Source: Antedon mediterranea
Taxonomy: Eukaryota > Animalia > Echinodermata
Assembly (NCBI RefSeq): GCF_964355755.1
Contig: NC_092672.1
Span: 37,020,437 to 37,084,436, forward strand
Reading direction: 5' to 3'
DNA length: 64,000 nt
Below the pieces are notes generated by a model. The model saw only the letters and a list, made by a program, of their open reading frames with translations, made no database searches and was not told where the DNA came from. Positions 1-11,682 of this stretch are shown here, piece by piece. Position 1 is the stretch's first letter; each line of letters begins with the position of its first letter. Position numbers and translations under genes: made by a program.

Positions 1-19
1 GCAAATATTATTTAGAGAA

Positions 20-739
20 CTATTTTTGAGAATCTCTTGGCTTTGAACTCCGACTGTTTCTACTTTTAGAGGTTTTTGAAGCACTTGATGATCTGCTGGA
101 TGAAGAAGTAACTTTACTTGGTGCATCTACAAGAGTTTGTGAGAGTGTTAGGTCAGTTGAAGAGGGTGCTTTTCTTGGTTCTTCTACTAGAAGACTCGTT
201 TGTGAGAGTGATAAGCCACTACCATGTGTCATCGTCTTCAACATTTGTGTAATGGCAACAGGAGATACATTCATCTTCAGTAAATCCATTAGGATTCTGA
301 TAAGAAAATATTTTATGTTTATGGCATACTTGTTTAAGAAAGTATATGAATTCAGGTCTCCTGGTATAGAGGCCAAGCATAAATGCCTATTGGCCCCTTA
401 CATGAAAAAACAACTTTATTGTATTAAACATAAAGGCATATAGGTATTTCAGCAACTTTTTAAGTATGTTCTATTTTTTAAGTAGTGCCCTTTTCCATCA
501 AAATAATTTATTATTGATTCCATTATTAATTAAATCCTAAATTAAATATTTATAATAATCAAACTTAAACAATATTGATGTGCTTACTTGTACACAGCCG
601 GGCTAAGATTGACACCTGACAAATTGCAAAGCTCATATAGTTCTTGATCATCAGCCGACAAGGAATCTTTACCATAAAGTCCTGGAACTGAAAAATGATG
701 GGTAGTGGCTTGCACTTTTTTCCCTCCACCACTTGTCAT
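20..739 (-). CDS. MZT2: Mitotic spindle organizing protein 2 (MOZART2, gamma-TuRC subunit), 2 coding exons, ~142 aa
   Basis: Exons 739-588 and 296-20 joined by a GT-AG intron in phase. Peptide LSADDQELYELCNLSGVNLSPAVYK|ILMDLLKMNVSPVAITQMLKTM matches the MOZART2 core (ELYELA...DPDVFKILVDLLKLNVAP); Ser/Lys-rich tail. A 5'UTR acceptor lies near 769. Confidence 0.88.
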
Positions 740-1179
740 GCTTACTTTATAGTCCGGATTCAGTAATTCTATAGCCAGTAAGTAGATGTATAAAATAGAC
801 ATGATGTCAATAATGTAATTATTAAGTCCTATCTATATTTTTTAATGGTTCTCAACCATTCCATTGTAAAACAATAAGTGACTTTATTCTGTATACTGTA
901 CATACATGTTTACTGAACTGAGAGAGTGAAGTTAAAAAAAAAATGTAGTAATCTATAAGTCAACTGTCTTTCTCTTTCTTTAATACTGTATGTAGGCGGC
1001 CTATGTACTGTCTGTTGTAGACTAGTCACTAGTGACAGTGTATGGAGTATGATAAAATTTAGGCTTTTCTAATACTTAAATAGTTAGCGCTTTATTTTAG
1101 TTAATAGTAGGTCTATTATATAAACATAGATTTGGGTATAAGGTCTGCTTAAATCTAACTACAGTTTCAGAGATATCAG

Positions 1180-1804
1180 AACAGCCTAGGCCTAGATTTA
1201 GAAACCAGGCCACTTTCAAGAACAGAGCCTCACGCGGCCGGCCCCGTTGCGTTGTTTGCACTCTAGCTAGAGTAGTGGTAGGCATAATAGGCCCTAGCCT
1301 AGGCCTAGTAGTAGCTAACCTTTGTTACCTACTTAATACGCACGGGCCCCTAAAAATAAAGTACGAACAAATATATTCTATTACTTTTAATTGTTACCTA
1401 TGACAATAATAATTAATATTCAGAACTTGTAAAAAAAACAAAATCATTTCCGCGCGCCGCGAGAATAATGCGAGTACAAAATAAAAAAAACAAAAACAAA
1501 GTGTTTACCCTTTGACATAGGAAGACACAATGGACAATTTATTAAAATTTATGAATAAAAACATAGTGTAAGCCTATGTATATTTATATTTTCACGTAAA
1601 TAAACAAATTAAATACATTTTAATTTTATTTAGGTGATACGTGCGTATATATCGCCTGTTTGTAATTTTATATTTGACCACAAATATGAAACAATGTTTT
1701 AAGGTTGAAGTTCATGCAAATTTTGTGTATCGTCGCGGGAACGGAGTTTCGTAATAGAGATTTGTTTAAAATAAATCCATTGGAATCTCCATAAATGTAA
1801 TATA
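1180..1804. promoter_or_regulatory. Divergent (bidirectional) promoter region between MZT2 and RANBP1
   Basis: Head-to-head start codons about 1.07 kb apart; CpG-rich patches near 1230-1250, 1448-1472 and 1731-1745; E2F-like TTCCCGCG on the minus strand at 1734-1741. Confidence 0.55.
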
Positions 1805-4800
1805 ATGGCTGACGTAAAGGTACTTTGATAAGTCTAAAATATATAATATATCGAAATGAGTCAATTTATTAAAGTATTTGTAGGTAGAAGTTGTGTAGTC
1901 ACTAAGTTTTTGTAAGGTTCAGCATGTATCCCGGCCATGATTGACCTAGGCTATTGTGTTCTGTATTGCTGGGGCTTGAAACACCGCTTACTTCAACTTG
2001 ACAAGCATACAGTACTTGTACTACTGCTGCTGTAGGCTTGGGTCTAGGCCTCCTATTATAAGGCACCATTGTAGTACTGTACCACCAGTTATTAATTTAA
2101 TAATTATGTTTAGTATCTTGCTTTAATGTGTTAATAATTTCCATGCTTTTTTAATTTAGTGTACATGATTCGTTTTAGGCCCTAATCAAATCTTAATCTT
2201 ATTTTTTTACATTTTTTGGCCTGTCTAAACAAGGCCTAGTTAGTTTCACTCACTCATAATTTCATAAAAACAAAACCTTTTGTTGTTTATATAAATTAAA
2301 GTTCTGGATCTGAATGGAAAAAAAAGAAGAAATGGTTGACAGTTTATCAATTAATGATGATACTGAGACGGGCGGTCAGAGGTCATCTGTACAAAATGAC
2401 ATTGATGCTGATGGTCTCATTAACTGATTGTTTTCTTAAATCTAAAAACTGTCCCATTTTATTTTGTTATGGTTATTTTCTGTCAGGGATAATTTTAATG
2501 AAAAGTAATGATTGTTTTTGTAATTACAGGAAGACGGACCAACTAGCCCAGATGTTCATTTTGAACCTATTGTAAAATTAGCACCTGTTGAAATTAAGAC
2601 GTTAGAAGAAAATGAAGAGGAGGTTTTTAGGATGTGAGTGTAGACAAAAAAGTCAAACTCTCAGAAAACTATAAATATATATCAAAGATAAAAAAAACGC
2701 AGTGGTTAATAGGATTCCGGCATCGTAACTCAACTGCCCACCGTTAGGGAATCCGACACGCTATTGCGCATGCCCATAGCTCTGGGAAGTGAATTATAGC
2801 TTGCACTTATAGAGTGCCACACACACCACACCACCGAGAGTCGGATTGTTATAGGGATTACTGTAGCCTAGATAGTCGTTGCGCGAGGGAGAGAGCGATG
2901 AATGAAACTTTGCCTATGACATGCATGACGCGTTAAAATAATTATAATGATATTAATAAGTATCAGTTTCTATCTAAGATTCGTAATGCTGTTTTTAGCG
3001 TTGCGACCCTGACTTCCCGAACAGTTTTTTCACATCCAACTTGTGATTGCATGTTGTTATCAGGGACAACTCCCTGTTGTTATGTACAGTATAATGCGTT
3101 ATGAAAAATCATAAAACTAGTCATGTAATTATTTATAATTCATAATGATATGAAGTTTATATATGAATAAAGCAACCACTTTTTAATTACAAAATAAATA
3201 GTCCCACTGGTCACGTAGTCTAACTGGTAGCCCTAGCCTAGATTAGTGGATCCCGTATTAGTAGGCATCTATAGGCTAGTTTGCTGTGTGGCGCAGCTAT
3301 GAAATGATCCATCGCTGTTGATATATAGTATAGAGTATAGAGTCGCCGATTACCTCGCTCTGGGCATGCGCAATAGCGTGTCGGATTCCCTAACGCTGGG
3401 CAGTTGAGTCCCGGTGCCGGAATCCTAACCACGGCGTAAAAAAAAAAGACCACTGTAATAATACAGTAATGGCAATTAGTAATGGAAAACTAAAAAATGT
3501 ACTGGCAGCAAATAGCTAGCTTTAAAATTGTCAAGCCCTGTAATTATATAAACCAGCATCCTCCTAGTACAAATAAGTAACTTATCATTTGCTTTTACAG
3601 AAGAGCCAAATTATTTAGATATTTCAACAATGGAGAATCAACAGAATGGAAAGAAAGAGGAGTTGGTGATGTAAAAATACTTAAAAGCAACAACGATGAA
3701 ACAAAATACAGATTAGTTATGAGACGTGAAAAAACCTTTAAATTATGTGCAAATCATTATTGTAAGTATTCAGATGGTTTTACTCTATACAGTTAGTAGA
3801 ACCTTCATTTTACGTGCGGTACGAGACCGAAAGACGTACGTAAATCTTGGGTTTGTAAAATCCAGGTTGAGCTTAAATAGACCCCCAAATACACAGATCT
3901 TGGCTAAAAAGGCTGCCGTGTTTGCTTACAGACTTACAGCAAGGAGTGGTCACTAGCTAGGCCTACCCTAATCAATGCTAAGCCTAGCTAGATGCGAGGC
4001 CTAACTAGAAAAGTATTAGTTGGTTTTTATTCTATACATGACCAATCGGATTAAGGTACACTGATTACAAAAAAGATTATTAAACAAGTAAAGACTGACA
4101 TCTGCTTACAAGCTACAGCATTTATATACAATGCATGGTATGCTACAACCACCTTAGGTGTGAACATGGCCTAAGGCAATGAAAAGCAGTGGGAACGAAC
4201 AGTATAATGGCTGAGATAAAATCAATTGGTAAAACCTGAAGTTTACAGTGCACTCTATGAGAGATGCTTGATAACATTTATTCATGACATATACACGTAT
4301 AGAATTTAATTATCCGTATTATTGTTCATTTGCTCAATATGGGCATTTTTCATTTTATCGACAAAACTGATGGGTTACCTAAGGGTTTTTTTACTACACG
4401 ATTTTGACGCATTGTAAAATCAGTACAAAGTCGCTGCCTTTTTGCGTTAAATGCTAAGATTATGTTTTTGTAGTACTACCGTCAATGGAACTGAAAGCAA
4501 ATTGTGATAGTGATAGAGCTTTTGTATGGAACACTCCGGCTGATTTTGCTGATGAAGAACCAAAAGCAGAAACGTTAGCTATCCGATTTGCTAATGCTGA
4601 AAGTAAGTAAAAGAATGATACCAGGTGCCCAAATATGATACTGATATGCCCAAATATGATACTGATATGCCCAAATATGGTAGTGATATGCCCAAATATG
4701 GTAGTGATATGTTCAAATATGGTAGTGATATGTTCAAATATGATAGTGATATGCCCAAATATGATAGTGATATGCCCAAATATGGTAGTGATATTACATC

Positions 4801-6305
4801 ATCTTGTCCATATATGGGCACATCACATTTTTTTGTCACATAAAGTTTGATAGTGTAGACAGAGCTTTAGAGTAGGGACTTGGCTGTACAGTGTTAATAG
4901 GGGTATCATAGAATATAATATTAATATTCATGTTTAATACAAGATGTTCTCTGTACATGATCTTGTATTTAGTTACATCTCTACAAGGACTGTATACAGG
5001 CTAAGCTATAGTAATACTGTATTACAGAAGAATTAGGGATTTTATTGGACGTCATTATATTTTACTTATTTGTAGACTGATAATTGATCTAGGTCTGTGA
5101 TTTTAGCTTGCACAGCCACTTGATTATAACAATAACAAATAAGCTTATTCATCAAATCATAATGTGAAAATAAAGATATGTACAATGTTTAAAAATTAAA
5201 AATGATGAAATGGGGTCTCGGGAAAGAAACCCCAGATTAAATAATGTTTAGTTTAGCAACAGAGAGCTAAAGCATGATGATACTGAGACGGGCGGTCAAA
5301 GGTCAACTGTACAAAATGACATTGATGCTGATGGTCTCATTAACTGATAAGTTCCGCTTTAGTAATCTTTCTAAACAAAGCAACTGAAAACAAATTAACT
5401 ATATTTTTAATGAAAGAGAAAAATTGTGTGTTCTATATTTACAAGAACTGTTTGTGTTCAATTCTTACACAGATGCAAAGAAGTTCAAAACAGCTTTTCA
5501 GGATTGTCAGGAACGCTTGACTTCAGGTGAGTGTCCAGTTGGGTTATTTATCTCTAAACTCATTCGTTACTTTCGTTGTTGTTTATCTCTAAACTCATTC
5601 GTTGCTTTCGTTGTTGTTTATCTCTAAACTCATTCGTTGCTTTCGTTGTTGTTTATCTCTAAACTCATTCGTTGCTTTCGTTGTTGTTTATCTCTAAACT
5701 CATTCGTTGCTTTCATTGTTGTTTATCTCTAAACTCATTCGTTGCTTTCGTTGTTGTTTATCTCTAAACTCATTCGTTACTTTCGTTGTTGTTTATCTCT
5801 AAACTCATTCGTTGCTTTCGTTGATGTCGATAAACACATGTACTAGTATAAGTTGACTCTTCTAATAGAATTTTGGGAGAATTTCTGGCTTTTCATAGTC
5901 TGGTTGGTATACTGTACAGTAAAGTAGAGTACACTTGTTTGTAATGTTTTTTGTCCATAAAAAGATGTTGATGCTTCAATATCTAGAAAAGACTGAAGCA
6001 TGCTAAGTAAATATAGCATCAGAATAAAATGTATTTAAAAAGACTTTATTAACTCTACCAAACTTAAATAGCAAAGGCTTAACACATAAGCATACAAAGT
6101 AATAAAATATAACTATTTGAATGTAGATGAAAAGAAAGATGAAGAAAAGCCAGCAGAAGAAACGGATGATGTAGCGGAAAAACTTGGAGATTTGACGGTC
6201 AAAGATGACAACAAAAAAGACGAAAGCAAAGCTGAAGAAGAATCAAAGACAAAAGAAAATGGTGACGCAAAAGAAGAAAGTAAAGATGAAACAACAGAGA
6301 AATGA
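1805..6305 (+). CDS. RANBP1: Ran-binding protein 1 (Ran-specific GTPase-activating protein), 6 exons
   Basis: Exons 1805-1819, 2530-2633, 3601-3761, 4474-4602, 5473-5526, 6127-6305, all GT-AG and in phase. RanBD motifs [65 protein letters not shown]; NES-like [10 protein letters not shown] in the acidic tail. Confidence 0.96.
2347..2431 (+). ncRNA. SNORD43: Box C/D snoRNA, U43/SNORD43(snR70)-like, copy 1 (RANBP1 intron 1)
   Basis: Box C ATGATGA 2354-2360; guide GACGGGCGGT complementary to conserved 18S ACCGCCCGUC; D' CAGA 2377-2380; box D CTGA 2424-2427. The +5 rule points to the C equivalent to E. coli C1402/human Cm1703. Confidence 0.85.
2698..3436. mobile_element. Non-autonomous DNA transposon with ~75-bp TIRs, probable Mutator/MULE type
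   Basis: Left end cgcagtggtta..ggattccggca..gggaatccgacacgctattgcgcatgccca is the reverse complement of 3361-3436; identical 9-bp flanks taaaaaaaa on both sides; no ORF. Confidence 0.75.
4625..4868 (+). mobile_element. MITE family A, 5'-truncated, with 8 internal 21-bp tandem repeats
   Basis: Eight units of atg(cc/tt)caaatatg(g/a)ta(g/c)tgat, then the family body and right TIR agtttgatagtgtagacagagct shared with 7 other copies in the window. Confidence 0.85.
5268..5351 (+). ncRNA. SNORD43: Box C/D snoRNA, U43/SNORD43-like, copy 2 (RANBP1 intron 4)
   Basis: 74-nt core 5274-5347 identical to copy 1 except at 2 positions (D' CAGA to CAAA; gtcatc to gtcaac); flanking sequence is unrelated. Confidence 0.8.
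5547..5823. repeat. Minisatellite, 35-bp unit x ~8
   Basis: tttatctctaaactcattcgtt(g/a)ctttcgttgttg repeated head-to-tail in RANBP1 intron 5. Confidence 0.95.
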
Positions 6306-7141
6306 AAATACGGTAGTCATAATTATAATAGATGTTATCGGGTGTCGTCGTCGTCGTTAGCTAACTGCTAATTAATTACTTGTTGGAAGTTGATAGCTTT
6401 CAGGGATGGGTTGACTCTTACAACAGGGCCTTAAGAATACATTTAAGGTAGGACATACAGCCAGACAGTCTGTGTGTAACTATGCTTTCAGTTTTGTTTA
6501 AAAAAGAGACGATCATAATCACTTGTTTGCATGGAATATAAATGAAAGTAATAATTGGTTGATGATTCGAACCAGTGATTTCATTATTCATAGGCTAGTG
6601 CATGTTTGGTGGATTAATTCCAATATATGTAAATATGCATTTTATTTATTTTTTGGCGGCTTATGATGATTTAAAGACTGAATGATATATTTTTGTTTAT
6701 GTGATGAGCGATTGATTTAAAACCAGTGGTATTGTAATGATAGTGTAATGATAAAAGTCTGCATGCGTAGTGTGGTATGTGATGATATGATGCATCAGTT
6801 ATTGATGTCATTTGTTATTATTTCATTGCAATGATTTCATAATAATATTAGCAGTACGGTATTGTGATGTCATAATATTGTGAAGACTATTACACTCTGT
6901 GATGTCATATGGCTTTGACAAAAAGTTTGATGTTGCTTGGACCACATCCAATTGAGCATTAAAATTGTTGGTAGAAATTGTATGAATTTTCTATACTGCC
7001 CTCTATTTTGTTTAAATTTATGTGTTGTCCCGCTACTATTTTTTTAGATTTTGGCCCAATAGTATTTTTTCTACCAAGACTAAATATATAATACAGTAAT
7101 TATTTATGGCAACACATTAATTTAAATAAAATAAGGCGACA

Positions 7142-7237
7142 TTTTTATTCGCGTGCAACGCGACTCTACAACTCACTATGTCGGTCGGTAAACACTAACT
7201 TGAGCACGCGACTGCAGCCATCTATATGGCCTTGTTT
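7142..7237 (+). mobile_element. Short Helentron/HINE (DINE-1)-like non-autonomous remnant
   Basis: T-run flanks, subterminal inverted repeat tcgcgtgc/gcacgcga, short gtcg repeat, 3' hairpin gccat..atggc then ttgttt. Confidence 0.45.
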
Positions 7238-8466
7238 GATTATTGCCGATTTTGCAACATAACATTTTTAGGCCTTATACAAGGACAATTACAAATAATA
7301 TTCTTATTATAACAAGTATTTGCAGTAGCATGGCTTTTGTTATATGGATGAATGATAGTGATATCATAATTTATATAATTTTACAGAAAGTTCCTATTAA
7401 ATATGCAAAGATGTTTATTATCATTAATTTAATGAAATGCCAGAAGAATGCATTGAAAATTTGCTTTATTTTTGTAAGTACTGTATGGGGTTCATTCCAA
7501 TTAAAACATTTCATTTCTAGTAGCAACAGGTTATCTCACTTTGATTGTCTTGCTACAAGAAAGTACTGTACTCTTTATATGCACTAGTTTGAAACATATT
7601 TATTTACACAGATAATTTGAAACATTTATTAGTTATATAGAACTACTGTAATATACAAATGTTAGGCTTTGCTGTCTTATCAGTTCCCCACAGGGAATTT
7701 ACAGTAATAGTACTATATATTAATGCACAGGCATATTAATATAGACCCTATACATATTGTTGACATATGGCTTTGTGAGAAGTTTAGCACTTTTAATAAC
7801 CATATGAATGGGAGGCATTCGATATATAGGTACCTCACTCTATTCAAGGTGTCCCTCCCAAAGGAGGATTTTACTGTAATTGAAAATGAATTGTAAACAT
7901 ACGATATAAGACCAATGTGTTTTTACACTTTTGTAGTAGTCTAGGTTCTAGACTGTAATTTGACTAATAGTAACAAATGAATATTGGCACATGACATAAA
8001 AGGACTTGAGCAAATTTAACTTACATGTGTATTAAGTTAAAAACTAAAGGATGTTTGCTGTCCACATTCTGAGCTGATATGAGTGTGATTAAAATGTTTA
8101 CCTGAAAATTGTTAACTTTTGGAAGTTTATGTGAGCTTGTTTCATCTGATAATAAGCTGAATATACAGGTCAAAGGTTACAGCTTAGTTTGTGCTAATTT
8201 TAATAGGTTCAGTCATCCATGGTAGAGGTTTTTTTATTTTACTTGATTTAAAAATGTTTTTTTTTATTTAAGCCTTGACCTTATTTTTCCAACAGCATCG
8301 TGCGAGATGCATAATGAAATATCATAGTTGTGTTGTCCGAGTAATTAAAAAATGCTAAATACTGTAAAGTTATTTTGTTATTTTAATGCGTGTTTAGACT
8401 GCATATCATTAAAAAACAACATTTTGACACATTTGGTGTGCCATACCCGAGAGAGCTTCGAATTCC

Positions 8467-8618
8467 AAATGCTTGCTAGTGGTGCTCGTAAAAGAATACT
8501 GTACTGACAACGTAACAAATGCTAGCTGGTGGCGCTCGTAAAAGAGTACTGTACTGACAACGTAACAAATGCTAGCTGGTGGCGCTCGTAAAAGAATACT
8601 GTACTGACAACGTAACAA
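8467..8618. repeat. Tandem repeat, 50-bp unit x3
   Basis: aaatgctagctggtggcgctcgtaaaagaatactgtactgacaacgtaac repeated three times. Confidence 0.92.
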
Positions 8619-8741
8619 ACTTTGAAACAAACAATAGAAAATTTACAATGATTAAATATAAAAAAACCAAAAACATTTTTATTTGATACAAATTCATCAT
8701 TTCCACACACAAAAAAATCCTACAAAAAGTTTATTCATATT

Positions 8742-10649
8742 CAGGCCCGTATCCAGGGGGGGTGCGTTGGGTGCAGACGCACCCCCCCAAGTCCCAAAAG
8801 GTCCACTATTTCCTCGGTTGGTATTTTTTCTTGTCTTGTTTAACTAAAGACAATATCATTATATATATACAAAATTTACATTATCAATGGTATACAAACA
8901 AAAATATGCTAATATAAAATAAAAAAATACCGGTAATTAGATTACGGAATCTGAACTGACTACAAACTGGATGTAAAACATGCGCAGTCGATCATGTGAC
9001 GACAAGCAATAGCTTAGCGCTTCATGTACGCGGTACGCGGTAAAGTGTTTGCTGGAGAAATACAGACAACTTAACGTCAGGGAACACGTGTACTTTTTGT
9101 CGGGGAATATAATATACAGTAAAAAGCGTTCGCGTTCACTTCGTAGCTAGCTTCAGCGCCTAGAAAACCGCGACGTTTCATTGACCGTGAGAGTACGTCA
9201 GAGTGATATTATGCACTTTATATGCATTCATTATTGCCAGCGATCTAACTTACTACTAAATAATAGCTAGGTACGCACTTGTCTGGCGGTATCCCTTTGT
9301 ACGAATCGTTCAACGTTGGGTCAAGACGCGTGATATCAAGTTTCATCCAGGGACCAAAATGTGTAATGTGTTATTTTCCAGGCGAAGTTTAAGCCTGGTT
9401 TCCATACTCGCTACACCGTGTCGCCGACTGCTGTCGCAGACAGAGCGTAGCGATTCTATGGAAACGCTAGAATTTATAGGGGATCTAGTACGCGATCGCT
9501 AAATATTCCTTTGGTACGCGTATACGATTCATCGCCGACAAAATCGGCAAAGTTGAACATGGTTGAACTTTGCCGATTTGTCTGCGATGAATCGGGGAGA
9601 CCTTCCCGATGCGCGTCGGCGACATCTGCGCGTGTAGCGATTTCAATAGAAACGGTGTAGCGATTTTATGGAAACCAGGCTTTACCGACGGTTACGTCGT
9701 GTACTGCGTCGACGTACGCTACACTACAGCAAAAACGAATTATGTTAATTGTTCGTTTGTTCACCAATTTTTTAATTTACAAGTAACCTTCTGTACCGTG
9801 GGGCACCTAAAATAAATTTTTCATCCATTACTAAACAAAAAAACATGCCATTTTCGCTTAGCCAACATTATAGCTATAGTTAGGCCTGATGTTTCCAAAG
9901 TATAAAATGCAATTTTTTGAAGACCTGCAGCTCTAGTTTTAAACATTTTCTTAGCTCAGCCCCAACAATAAAGCTGGTCATATTTCGAAGAACAAGAAGT
10001 ACATTTTCCGGGACCTAACATCTCTATTTTTCAAACATTTCTTAGCTCAGTCACAACCCATGATAGGGACTTATATATTTTTTTTCATGTTTTGAAGTAT
10101 AATAAGTCCAATTTCCGGGACCTCCAACTATTTTTCAAAATTTTCTTTGAACTTTTATTTTTTAAATTGAAAAATATGGATTGAAACCGTCATCGCGCAT
10201 CGTTTTTTTGCACGCAGTATTTTATTTATGCATTATAAAAAATGGAAAAAATGGCTACCCTAAATCTGATTAAAAAGACCTCAAATGACGCTAGAACGCG
10301 TTGCTTCCGGGGGCTTCGCCCCCTGGACCCCCACCGGGGGCCCTTGGCGGCCCCTGGCCCTCAGCCTAGTGATGCTCGCTTCGCTCGCATATCCCCCTCG
10401 TCGGGGAATGTAGCCCCCGCGTCGGGAAGATCCTGGCGCCACCCCTGCTGAGTTGGCCTCATCATGAAAGCGTTAAGTTCTGGTGTCCATCGTTCAACTA
10501 GCCCAAGCCACAACAGAGAGTCTTACATCAGTCTTTAGAACGTCAAATAACGCAAATTTTTCCAGGGCCTTCGGCCCCTCGACCCTGACCGGGGGCCCCC
10601 AGCCATTGTTGCTCGCACCCCCCCATTATAAATGCTGCATACGGGCCTG
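8742..10649. mobile_element. ~1.9-kb composite non-autonomous DNA element with nested insertions
   Basis: Termini caggcccgtat/atacgggcctg plus ggggggtgcg/cgcacccccc; ATATT directly repeated on both flanks; GC-rich subterminal motifs (gcttcgcccc, gctcgcttcgctcg); no transposase ORF. Confidence 0.65.
9392..9681. mobile_element. MITE family C (PIF/Harbinger-type)
   Basis: TIR agcctggtttccata..cgctacaccg; perfect TTA target duplication (9389-9391, 9682-9684); second copy in opposite orientation at 21739-21995. Confidence 0.88.
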
Positions 10650-11530
10650 ATATTATATATACTTTCATCATTTACATTGATGTTATTGCCCCCCTGAATA
10701 TGTTGGAATATGCCATTTTCATGTCACTTAATAGTTATTTACTTTGCCCAAAGATTGAATGGAAAGCAACATTATTTACCACTGTGTTTTTGGTTAAATA
10801 TTGACCTATTCAAAGTTTGATTTTATTTAATAATGTTTATTTTGCATGATTTTTTGGGACAATACATCTTTAAGGACACACTCATTCAGTTCCGTGTAAT
10901 GTATTTACAAACTATAAGTAGTAACGTAATATTTATTTTATTGGTCGGTGGGAAAAGTTTAAAAAAGTAAGGCCGGCCCATAAGAAAATCTAGGCGACTT
11001 TAACACGGAAGAAAATACCAAACTATTGAAAATTTATATTTAGCTTTGGGAAATTGTTTAACAGCACAAAAGTTATGCTTTTATCGGAATGTGTTTATTA
11101 ATATCCCAGCTTTATATTATAATAGGCCCGAGTATATTTATACCAACTGGATGTGTTTGTTACCACTGGTTACACAATATAATACAAACATTTACTTATG
11201 TGTTATAACAATATAATTGCAATATATTGGAATGTTGCCATATCATGTTTACTCCGAAGTCAAGGCGTTTTTTCTTTAATTTGTTTTGGGATTGAATCAA
11301 ACAGCTTTAAATACAATTTTTCTCTACTACCCTACTTTACTTTAAGTACCGATACATATATTGTTTTCATATAAAAATTATACAAACATTTTATTTCATA
11401 ATAAACAACATATACAGTCATTATACAATTATAGTTAAAACATCTAAATATTAAGCTTACAAGTTACCAATATAATTATTTATGATTATGATTTCGTGAC
11501 GTCACCAAGATGCGCGCGCACCAATTCGTT

Positions 11531-11611
11531 TTAATAGACAAAGTCTCATCTGTGGTTTCAATAGACAAAGTCTCCTATCTGTCGTTTTAATAGACAAAGT
11601 CTCCTATCTGG
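11531..11611. repeat. Tandem repeat, ~29-bp unit x3, in the SLC6 3'UTR
   Basis: aatagacaaagtctc(ct)atctg repeated three times. Confidence 0.8.
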
Positions 11612-11682
11612 TGATAATAACTGAATTTGAAACCAATGTGTGGTCGCAAGGTGATTAAAGTCACAACCTCCGTTTACATGTT

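Noticed and set aside
4591-4850. Repeat ORFs (MPKYGSD)n and alternative frames; similar ORFs at 26111-26335 and 61552-61761
   Set aside because: They arise from the 21-bp unit inside MITE family A in introns.
7243-7587. 114-aa ORF downstream of RANBP1; also ORFs 9609-9815 and 10242-10451
   Set aside because: No recognisable domain or splice structure; AT-rich chance ORF or inside non-autonomous transposon sequence.
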